From positions 22,911 to 86,910 of the forward strand of contig CAYHXX010000003.1 of NCBI GenBank assembly GCA_964360785.1: 64,000 bases of DNA, given 5' to 3'. Both the position numbers and the translations under genes were made by a program. This DNA is from an uncultured Gammaproteobacteria bacterium. Lineage in GTDB: Bacteria; Patescibacteriota; Microgenomatia; Woykebacterales; RBG-16-39-9b. The notes under the pieces were generated by a model. The model saw nothing but the letters and a program-made list of their open reading frames with translations, searched no databases and had not been told where the DNA came from. This document shows positions 1-12,000 of the stretch, one piece after another (position 1 is the first letter of the stretch; each line of letters begins with the position of its first letter).

Positions 1-3000
1 GGAAGAGATCGGGAGAGCTACCACCGGTTTCATCAAGCCAAATCCCGCGATTTGCAGTTCCCCAGGAATCAGCGATTCCTGGACCAAGAGTTACTGGACC
101 ATTGGTATCTGCAAAAGTTTGCCAGGTGTTGGTAGAAACACAGCCCTTGAAGACAGGCCCGGTACTGTTGAAGTAAATTTCACCGGCAGTACATGTTGGG
201 TCGGCGCCGGTTGCGGCCGCAATTTTGACTCTTCCATAAGTACCGCTATCAACTATTGAGACTAAGGTGTTCGTCCCATCACGGAAAGCCAAAGTACCTC
301 CATCTGCCATATCAATTTTTGGAGTAGTACTGGCAAAGTTAATTTCTCGATCCCAACCAGTCCCGATGTTGATGGCAGTCTCTCCTGTTCCTCCACTGGT
401 CACGTTGGCGATATTTAGTCCAAAGCGGTTGCCAGCAGACCATGTGTAGTTGGTGTTGAGATCGATACTCAAACCAGTTAGATCGTTGGTTATATTTCTG
501 GATACACCACTGCCGATTGATACAGTCGTACCTGTGGTGAGTGAAGAGGCAAGACCTAGAGTTCCAGCACTGTTGATCGAGTTATCCCAACCGGTTCCGA
601 TATTGATTCCTGTTTCTGTCCCAGCTCCGGGTGTAGTGATATTGCCAATTTGGATGGCGTTGACTGTTCCAGCGGAAGGTCCAGTACCAATATTATCTAG
701 GAAAAAACCGTTTATAGTTCCAGCTCCAGGACTAACAATTGCAACGTCGGGAATGCTTGCATAATAGGCGTATTTTCGACCAACTCCGGTGCCAGTAACG
801 GTACCAGTGCTGACAGATACACCTTTCCTAATATCGTTGGTTACAGAAGAATCATCAGCAATAGTTATATTTATTCCAGTTGCAGCGTCCGCTGTTGCAA
901 TATTGATTCCTGTATCCCAGCCCGAACCGATGTTGATGGCGGTTTCGTTTCCTGTTCCTGGGGTTCCAATGCTTCCTATTTTAATAGCGTTTACATTGCC
1001 ACCACCTGGCCCAGTAGTTATATCAGCAAACCTAAAACCATTAACGGACGCTGAACCTAAAGCTGCACTATCTGGAACAGTGGCCAAATAAGCATCAACA
1101 TTAGACCCAGCCGAAGCAGCTGTTCCGGTCGTGACCGAGATACCTCTGTTTTCCGTTTGTCCGATTGCAACGTTTGCTAGAGAAATTGTTATACCGGTTG
1201 ATCCAATTGGTACGGAACTTATACTTACTCCGGTGTCCCACCCAGTCCCGATGTTGATGGCGGTTTCGGTGGCGTCTGGATCGGCGGCACTGATGGCTAG
1301 GTCCAGACCATTGATAGTCCCACCGGTGTGGTTATTGGAATTGGTGTAATTGAGGTAAATGCCCTGGAAGGTTTGAGCGGCTGCCAAAAGGGGAATAGTT
1401 CCGGACAAGGAGACTTGGGTTTGCGATCCGCTAGTAGCCAACCCGCCATCGATATCAATATTGTTGCCAATGATGTTGTGAGAGCCAAGGGCAATTGCAG
1501 CACTGTCAAAAGCACTTGCTTGGGTAAAATCAATACCAAAATCGAAAGTACCGGTTCCTGTGTCGGTAAAGAGAATACCTGAAGTGATCCCACCAGCTGT
1601 GTTGTCGGCTTGGTCAAGGTTGAGTAGAGCGTTGGTAAAGTTGGCACCAGCATCATTGGCATTGGTGATTCTTTGGGCGTAGTAAACTTCAGCAGCTTGG
1701 GCGACGTCATTGTTGGTAAAGGTCAGGTCAAAACCTACCTGGGTACCAGAGGCCGCCCCAGTGGCGGTGTAGGCGAGATTAATACCACTGTGACCAGCAG
1801 TTGCCGAGCTGGTGTCGATATCAAGTTCACCGGTAGTCCGAGTCGAGGTTAGATTGTTGATCTGTACTGCATCGCCAGAAGTGGCAGTACAAAGTGCCGT
1901 ACTGCTCACACAAGAGCCACCCCGACTCCAGTAACCAGAAGTTCCAGCAGCTGGACCACTGCCAGAGATAGTCCCATCCACCACCAGATTGGTGACACCA
2001 GCACCGGAATTGCCGATATTTAGTGTCGTGTCAGAACCGCTGGGCATATCGATGCGACCATCAGAATAAATAGTTGATGCAGCCCCAGCGACGATGCCTC
2101 CGAGGAAATACCCCTGGTAGTAGCGGTTGGCGGTGGTTGAGTAGTCAGTGCTGGTTGCACCGATATTTTGGGTGGTGTATTTAGTTACCGTTTTTGTATT
2201 TTCAAAAGTGATAGCAGGGGAGACAGTGTAAGAACCAGTCCCAGGGTCAACGGTAATTCGAGTGTAGTAATCTTGACCAGCAGTATTGTCAATGAGAACA
2301 ACATCATTTACGTTAAACGGATCGGTGGTGAGAGTAAGTGTAGTGGTGTCAGTTCCTGTACCAGTAGTTGTGCCAGTAGTTGCAGTGTTTGCGTTGACAG
2401 CTAGAAGGTTTCCGGAACCGTCAAGATTTACACCATTTCCACTAATTTGACTGTCCCAGCCAGTACCAATTTTAATGGCACTGGATGTGATTGTTGCCCC
2501 TGGATCGGTGAGGTTGCCGAACTTCAAACCGTTAACTGTGTCAGTACCAGCAGTGTTGGTCGGGGAGAAAGCATCCACCTCAATGACGTTGTAGGTCAGA
2601 AGATCAGCTCCACTTGGGCTAGTATAACTTGGGATAATATGTATGCCATCTCCAGAAGCATTGGAACTACCAAAAGTTAGGGCTATACCATCGATTCCAC
2701 TTAAAGTTGATGCTTGGCCAGAATTGCTAATGGCAAGCATATCGACATTAGAGGGGTTTTGAGCGGTAAGAGCAACATTTCTGTTAGAAGCTAAGATGAA
2801 CTCGCTGTCAGCGCGAACCTCTAAACCTCCAGTCGCCCAGATATCGATAGTGGTACTTGTGGTGTTGCCAATCGTGATTTGTCCGGCGCCACCCCCACCG
2901 GCGTTACCGATGGCAATTTCGTTACCACCAGTTGTATTTCCAACTAAAACTACACCGGCAGTGGTTGTCCCAACCCTCAGAGTACCGCCCCCCACATTAC

Positions 3001-6000
3001 TGTCGATTCCAAGACCACTCTGAACTGTGATGTTACCAGTAGCAGCGACATCAAAATTATCGAAATCAATTGTTGCCGTAGTTCCGAGGATTTTATTTGC
3101 CCCCAAGCTAATACCGTTGTCCCAACCAGCTCCGATGTTGATGGCGGTTTCGGTCCCAGATGTTCCAGAAAGCGACAAGTTGATCCCGTTAACAATGTCA
3201 GTAGCATCTGACCCACCAGAGGTGACGGCGATGTTCAAAGCATTGTTGGTTCGATCAACAGTTCCACTGGTTACAAAATCAACTGAGATACCATCAATTC
3301 CGTCATTGGTAACTCCACTACCGGCGAAAGTATTAGCAACGTTGAACAAATCTTCTCCTGGTGCTACAGCAGCGGTTGTGCCAATTTGAATCCCAGTGTC
3401 GGAATCAACTACAAAGTAAACATTCCCGCTACCGTTAGGGGAGATAGTAAGATTTTCATTGGTCCCAGTAGTGATATCGGTGGTAACACCGGAGAAATTG
3501 ACACCGACTGTCCCACCAATGACTATCCCAGTATCCCAACCACTGCCTATGTTGATGGCGGTCGAGCCAGTTCCCGTATCGGTAATGTTACTTACGTCGA
3601 TAGCAGTTATTGAGCCTCCATTATAAGTTCCCGAAGTGGCGGTTAATTTAAGACCGCTGACGTTACCAGCACCAACACCACTAAAGATACCCTCAAATCC
3701 AGTCTGTCCATTGCTGGTCGGAGTACCAATGTTTGCCCTGACCGCAGTGGTATTTGCTACAGTTGAATTGGCTATAGTCGTATTGATTCCCAGAGTACCA
3801 CCACTAATTGATGGAATCGAAAGACCAGTGTCCCAGCCAGATTCAATATTTAGGGCGTTTTCTGTTTGTTGAGCGTCACCAGTTATCGAGTCGATATTAA
3901 TCCCATTCAGAGTGTTGGTTCCGGCCGTTGGGTTACCGTTGGTTGGATCGATGAAGAGAAAGTTAATTATGTTTGTTCCAGAACTGTGTGCTGGAGTTGT
4001 TCCTTGGATTGTGGCCAAACTAACTGTTCCGGAATCTGCAGTTGGATTGAAGTTGATAATCGACTTACTATCGGTTCTCAAAGTATTTACGGCTGAATTG
4101 TAAAGGCCTACTGTTTTAGACAAATCAAAATAGAGTTGACTACCAGAGTCTGTAAAAACAACAGTGTCACCGGTGCCGTTTGGTAGGACGATAAAGTCCC
4201 GATTGGAGGTTGTGGTGATATCGGCGGTGGCAGTCCCACCAAAGCGAATACTACTAGTGAGAGTCCCGGCAATATCAATCCCGTAGTTTGCATCTGCCCC
4301 GGAAACATTCACCCCAAGGCCAACATTGGTCAGAGTGTTTGTTCCAGCACTTTCTGTTGAAGTATTAGAAAGATAGCCAGCGTAGTTGGTTAGGGGAGCG
4401 CTAGTGGTATTAAAACTGCCGGCCGAGCTGACACTCAGGTTTTTAACCAGATCGGTAGTTACCCCGGTTGCCAGCTGCTCAACCTTCAAATTAAACGCCG
4501 AAGTGCTCGGAGTGGCAACTGGGTTTTGGATGACAATTGAGCCATCAGTTGCTGTCAACAAAATATCAGCTGAAGCATCATTGTCATCGTTGTTGTAAAC
4601 ATCTTGCAGAGTAAGGCCGGCACCGGAATTGTCGGTAAAACTTGACCACACGTTTGTCGTGACACAACCTTTGTATTGGTTATCGGTATCGTTAAAGTAA
4701 ACATCCCCAACGGTACAAGTTGCCGGATCGCCAGTACCACCTTTGTCGGTTAACCGGATTGTTCCGTAAGTTCCAGAGTCAACGATTGAGAAAAGGGTGT
4801 TTGGTGTCCCGTTGTCCTGGAAAGTCAAAGTACCAGCCATTTCAATAGTAGGACTAGTTCCGCCAAAAGCCAGCTCAATGTTCTTGGTCGCCCCGGCAGT
4901 CTGATCTTGAATATAAATCCCGTAATTGTTGGTAACCGTACTACCAACACCAGAATTTTCGGTGGAGAGGACATCGAGACCAAAAGCACTGGTAATAGTA
5001 CCACCGCCGGTGTTTCTGACCAGGCTGCGGATGCCATGGGCCTCATTCACTGTACCAGTGGTGGCGTGGAGAACTTCCCCGCGCAGAGCCAAGAGATTTA
5101 CGTTAAATCCGCCACTACCAATGTTGGCTCCAGAAGTTTGGGCTAATGCCTGTAGTCCGCGGCCAGTGATAGCACCAGTTTGGACCCCAGAAGGACCGAT
5201 GGTGGTTGCGGAGTATATACCTTCATAGGTTGCCGTACCTATCCCACTAAAGGTTTCTCCAACCGCGACAATTTGATCAGTGCTAACACTAGCATTGCCA
5301 CCAAAAGCTCCGTGCCCAGCAATATCAACGTAGCCGGTATTTTCGATAGTCAAGTACGCAGTTGTACCGTTACCTTGGAAAGTGAATAAATTACCGCTAC
5401 CATTATTGTCGCTATCAGCTTCAAAAATAATATTGTCAAAAGCGTTTACTATTTTCCTGTCGCTAGCAGCAGTAAGTCGGAGGTTTCCATCAACTTGGAA
5501 TTCACCCCCACTAGGAAAATCTACAGAGATAACGGTTCCTGACGGAGCAATGGTCAAATTGCCGGAAGAGCTGACATCAAAGTCAGTGTAATTTGCAGCG
5601 GACCCATCGGCGTCGTTGTAGGTGAGTCTCAAGGCTGCCCCAGTGGCAGAGTTGATATCGAGCCTCTTTCCTGGACCCGCTGTTCCAATACCGACTAGAC
5701 CAGTACTATTAGGTGAGAAATAGGTGTTGGCAGCGATGTCTTGGATATAAAGCTCAACCCCACTGGTTTCAATATCGAAAGCAGTACTTAGGTCATTGCG
5801 GATGAGGAGGTAACTAGTAGCTCCTGGATCATCGACTCGGAATCTCGCGGTTGTAACCTGAACAGTTCCGTCGGTAGCATTATCAATCGTCTCGCCGTTG
5901 TCGAGACTAATATCAGCTCCAGTACCAGAGTTGAGAATGTTCAAAACTGCTCCAGAAGCATTGGCATCTTGCTGGTTGAGCTCGAGGATATTAGCGGTGC

Positions 6001-9000
6001 TGCCAGTGTAGGTACAAGTCCCGGTACAATTGCTGCTCAAATTGAGGACATCCCCGGTAACAGTGACGCCGCCGCTAGTGTTGGTAAAGACGTTGGCGAT
6101 TTTGGCAGTTGCACCGGAAGTGGTGAAACCTAAGCCGCCACTATTAATGTTGGTTCGGGTGATGTTGAGGTAGTTGGCAGTATCATCGATCGCCGCCGCA
6201 CCACCACTGAGAGTTCTGGTTGGTGAAATTTCAACAATATTGCCGGTCATAGCAGTGAGGGTACCGTTGACAGAGCCGTTGATATAAATTGCGTGGCCAG
6301 TCGACAAGCTACTAGGTGAAATTTTTAGTCCCGTACCGCTGGTCAGAGAAGTTAATGACGCTCCACCACTGATGTCGATCGCCGTACCAGTAAGGTTCGT
6401 GGCAGTAAAATTGAGACCAACTTTGCCAGTGGCAATTTGGCTGGAAAATTCGACTCTATTGTCCCAACCCCCAGCGACGTTGATAGCACTTTCTTTGCCG
6501 GACCCAGGAGTGGAGAGAGTGCCAATATTAATTCCGTAAAGATTGTCGCTGATACCCCCAGTCCCTGAAGTGACGTCAATTTTCAAGGCGGCGTTGGTGG
6601 TGTCGGCTACATTGGCTGTTGTTGTAAAGTTCAGCGATGCAAGGTTTACTGTGTCGACACTGGTCCCAAAACCACCGGCATTGGTGACTTGGAAAAGATC
6701 AACACTTTGGTCGGCAATAGAAGTGTTTAACTTAAGAGCGTAGTCATCTACTTCTGTTGCGGTGAAATCAATTTTGTAATCAGTACAACAAGTATCCTTA
6801 ACGATTGTTTTCGCTGCGCCAGCGCCTTGTGCTATAAATGGTGAAGCAGTACTTCCACCTGGACACGTCTCCCAACTAGGAGCAGCCGCCCCGTTGGCCT
6901 TCAGACAACGTCCCAAGGCACCAGAGGCAAGATTGTCATAAGTAGTCGTGCCAGTGGAATAAACGATTTCACCCGCTCCAGCAGCAGTGACATCGCCGCC
7001 CAGGCCACCGCGGGAAGTTGCTAAATATTGTTCCGAGTTCAAGGTACCTGTTCCGCCGGAGGTGAAAACAACACCGTTGGTGGAAAGTCCAGAGAAGGCG
7101 ATTGTCCCTGAAGAACTTACCCCAGTGGCTCCGGTTATGGCTCCAGCCCCAGTTATGTCAATTGAGCCAGAATTAAGAATATTGCCCAGTGTTCCAGTTA
7201 TCGTTATCCCATCAGTAATCGTCCCGGCAGTTTCGGCAAGCTCAATTGCACTTGTTAAGGTCCCCGCTCCTGATTGCTCAATATAAAGTCCGCGGGGCGT
7301 GGTCTCTGCGGCGTTGGCATTGTTTAGTCGGAGAAGGGCGTCAATGACGCCAACATTGGCACCATTGTCAGCATTGGTAAGGTTAAATCCATAAATTGTC
7401 CCGGTTGAAGCAGCCGCGTTGTCAGTTACTGTGATAGACACAGGGTTGACGGAAACATCGGCTCCGACGGTTGAATTGACTTGAATATTTGAATCATCAT
7501 CACCGTTGAAGATCGTGTCGCCGGTCCCACTTGGGCTAAATGTGTGAGTTCCAGTCCAAGTTGGGGAGTAAGTTAGGTCAAGAGACACAGTGTTGGTACT
7601 TCTACTGACGCCGTTCGTGAAGGTGAGTGGGTTTTCGTAATCGACTCCAGCGGTGGCTAGCCCAAGCAAACCAGTAGTTGCTTTAACTAAGCCCGATCCA
7701 AGTCCAGTTAAAGTTAATGTTTTCCCGGAAGCAACTGCAGTGTCACCATTCAAGCTGACTGCCCCAGTTCCAGTTCCAAAAGTATTTGCTCCAGTTTGCG
7801 AGAAAGTGTTGTCCAAAGTGGTAGCACCATGCAAAGTTAATGCCCCGGGAGTGGTAACTGAACCAATGGTGTTTATCGACGAAGAGCCACTACCGAAGCT
7901 ATTGGTAGTCCCAGCTCCAGTTGCTAGAGTGGTGTTTCCGGATGAAGTTAAGGTGGTGAAGGCACCTGATCCAGGAGTTGTTGATCCAATAGACCCCGGA
8001 GCCGCAAAGGTCGCCCCACCTAGAGTAGTTGCATTACAGGCTACAGTACTTATACAAATATCACCACTAGCAACATTGGGTAAGTTGAAAGTCTTGCTGG
8101 AAACAGTTGGATCTGAAGCAGTGATCAAAATTTCAATCAGATCGTTGGTTGCGCCTTCAAATTCAATCCCAGCATCCCAGCCAGTACCGATGCGGATCGC
8201 CCGTTCATTAACAGTTGCATCAGGGGTGGTGACATTGGACAAGTTCAAACCGTAAATGAAGTCAGCAACACCAGTAGCCGCTGAAGTAACGTCGACATTA
8301 ATTCCAATGACAGAATCAATATCGCCATCAGCTCCCAAGGTCAGGTTGACATCTTGAATGACTGCGGTGTTGGTAAGAGTTGAAGTCCAGGAGTGGAGAC
8401 CAGTCCAGGTGAAATCGTAGGCTTGGTTGACCGCGACTGAGTCCGCAGCGACGGAGATACCGTTGCCTGCACCGACATCCAAAGTATCCGGACTAGCGGC
8501 AGTCAAAACCAGTCCGTTACCAGCAATGCTGCTGGCAATATCATCACCGGTGATAGTGGCGTCGGTGATCTCACCGGTTGAGATACAGGAAGCAGAGTTA
8601 CAAGTGATGTTGGCAAAAGTTGCGACTCCAGCTCCTGTAACGCTCCATTGGGCATCGTTAAGAGCGAGATCTCCAGTCGAAGAGTTTCCTATTGTGATCG
8701 TTCCAGCATTGGTACCAGTACCAATATTTGTCGCGGTTGAACCAGATGCATTGATACTGGTTGTTCCAGTAACAGTAAGACCACCAGTTCCTTGAAGCAA
8801 ACCAGCTCCAGAGTTTACCCCAACAAAACTAGCTGCCCCAGAAGAACCAGTGATGGACCAGTTGGTCCCAGACAGGTCGTTGGCCCCAGCCGCAATAGCA
8901 GTATTAATGTTGGCATCTGACAGATCAATGGCTGTTGTAATAACAGCTGTGCCGGCTGCTTGAGAAATTTTTAAGCCAATTGGCAAATCACGGTTGGTGT

Positions 9001-12000
9001 CAGCATTATTAATTAAAAGTAGCTGAGCCGGATCAGCTGCACCTGCACCGTCGGCGCGAGCGAGAGTAGTGAAGTTTGTTCCACCAGTAGGAGTGGTAAC
9101 TGTGAAATCAGCTGAGGTTAAGGTAATAGCCAGATTACCTTCACCGGTAGTAACATCAATAGTTGGGCCAATTACGTAGGTTGCCTGGAGACTTTCTCCA
9201 CCGCCGGTGGTGTCGTTGTCAGCCGAACAAGTCCAGTTGCCGGTAGCTTTCTTTAAAATTTGGGTGTCCGAACAATTGAGAAGGCGGAGACCGTTGCCGC
9301 CACCAGCTGGATCAAGAGTTAGTCCTGAGAAATTTGCCGTACTATCAGAACCAGCCGTAGCCAAGAGTATTCCAAGAGAAGCCCCTTCGGTTCCAGTCAT
9401 CGTTAGCCCACCGTTGGCGGTAGCTGAGGAAACGTAGTTACCGGTGGTATCGGTAGTTAAGGTGACACTGTCAGCCGCAATAGTTAGTGCTGTTGTTCCA
9501 CCAGAACCCAAAGTGGCGGTCACATCGGAGCTGAAAGTGTGACCAGAAAGAATAATAGTTCCGGAAGCATTTGGAATTGTGATGGTGTTGTCTGTTCCGG
9601 CTGGCTCGGTGACCGCGATGAATGTCTCAATCAAATCATCAGTAGCACCTTCGAAAATCAAACCAGACTGGCCAAACTTTGCTCCATTTATCCCAAGAGC
9701 TGGATCTCCGGAAAGAGCAGTACTGACCTCGAATGCTAAGGTGACGTTACCAGAGGCTCCTCCGCCGGTAAGACCCAGACCAGCGGTGACATCAGTAATT
9801 ACTCCAGAAACCTCAGACTCAGTGACACCGCCATCCAAGACATTTAGCTCAGCCGAGCTGATAGAAACACTATTAGAAAGAATGTCATTTGCTCCAATAT
9901 TAATGGCGTTAACAATACCGGCAGCAGATGCATCAATCGCGTCGGTAATGGTACCAACGCTTGTTGTGAAAAGAATCCCATCCGTGTAAGCGAGGGCTAC
10001 ATTGGCGTCGATGGTTGTGTTATTGCCGGCGTTATCGCCGAGATTGATTGTTAGATTCCCCTCAGTATTGATCAGGCTAATAGTGTTACCGGCAACATAC
10101 TCAGACTGTAAACTACTAGTTCCAACATCATCAGAACCACAAGTCAAAACATTGGCGACTGTTTCCAGGGAAGTACAAGTGGTGAAACCAGCTGCGGGAA
10201 GGATGACCGAGGTGTCAGCATCGGTCAGAAACCGAATATTGCCAGTTCCAGCAGCCGAAATAGTTAAATTGGCGGTACCAGAAGAGATAATATCGCTGGT
10301 GGCACCACCGGCGAGAGTCAGAATTCCGTCCAAAGTGAGATCGCCATCACTGTCGATTGAGGCCTTTTCGTTGTCGGCTCCACCAACTCCAGACTCTATT
10401 ATTAATAACTTTTTATCCAAAGCATCGGCTTCGGTATCAATCTTGAAAGCAGCAATACGGTCGTTTGTTGTATCGTCGGAAGAATTTTGTAAGGTTAGGG
10501 TAGAGTCTGTTGTTGCACCTGAGAAATCAATAGTTAGGGAACCGCTGGCAACGATATTGTTGGCCCCGAGATTAATAGCATTGACGATGGCAGCATCAGA
10601 AATGTCTATGGCTGTGCCGATAGTAGCGCCGGTACCAGAGGTTGTAAAGAGAAGAGCAGTGGCAACATCGCCAGTAGTATTATTATCTACTACAACATTA
10701 TTATCGTTAGTAGCATCAGTTAAGTTAAAAAGTAAGTTACCATAAGTATTGGTAATATCAATGTTGTTTCCAAGCTGATAGGTATCATTTAGGTTTTGAC
10801 CGCTACCACCACCGCCACCACCTGCATCGGTTGAACAAGTCCAATTACCGGTAACTTTTTTCAAGATCTGGCCATTGGAACAAGCAAGTAAAGATAAACC
10901 ACCAGTAGTTCCATTGGTAAATTTTTCTAAACCAGAAAAGCTTGCACCAGCAGTAGTACCAGCTGTCGCTAGCCGGAAAGTTACGTTAGCAGTGTTGCCA
11001 ACTGGTTCTGTAACGTCAAAAACATCATCATTAAAATCTAGTATTGATAATGATCCGACCGTAGGAGTAGTTCTTAAACTAACTGAAGCAGCCCCGGCAC
11101 CGGTGTTGTCTGTACCACAATCCCATTCAAAATTGGTATTGTCCCACTCCAAAATTCCTCCTGCAGCACAACCTCGATAAAGCGACAGCCCGTCAGATGT
11201 TAAAGAGAGACCAGAGACAGATCCAGCACCTGTTGTCCCATCGACTGCATTTGTTTGAATCAAAATTCCAAGAGAAGCCCCTTCTGTACCAGTAAGAGTT
11301 AAACCACCGTTCGTTGTTGCACTGGAAACATAGTTGCCGATTGTGTCAGTTCCAAGTGCAACAGCATCAGCGGCAATTGTAAAGATTGTACTGCCGTCCG
11401 AGTCAAGAGAGATTGTTGAGTCCCCAGTAAATGAATGACCAGAGAGAATAATTGTGCCAGAGGCATCAGGAAAGGTGATAGTTTTGTCTGTGGTTGTTGG
11501 GTTTGTTATAGAAATATACGTTTCGATCAAGTCGCCAACAGCAGAACCTTCAAAGATTAGACCGGACTGGCCAAATTTTGCCTCATTAGCGCTGAGTGCA
11601 TGGTCTCCAGATAGAGCAGCACTCACATCAAAGCTCAAGGTTACAGCGCCGGCCAGGCCACCACCAGTTAACCCGAGCCCAGCGGCGACTGATTCAATCT
11701 CACCAGTAACTTCAGACTCATCGATACCTCCATCCAAAACGTTTAACTCAGCTGAGCTTATTGACACGCTATTGGAAAGAATATCGTTGGCACCGATATT
11801 AATGGCGTTAACAATCCCGGCAGCAGATACATCAATCGCGTCAGTGATGGTACCAACAGTTGTAGTAAAAAGAATCCCATCAGTGTAGGCGAGGGCTACG
11901 TTGGCGTCGATAGTTGTGTTGTTTCCAATTGCATCTCCTAAATTAACTTTAAAGTTGCCGGTAGCTGTGAGTAGGGAAATAGTTGGACCGCCGGTATAGG

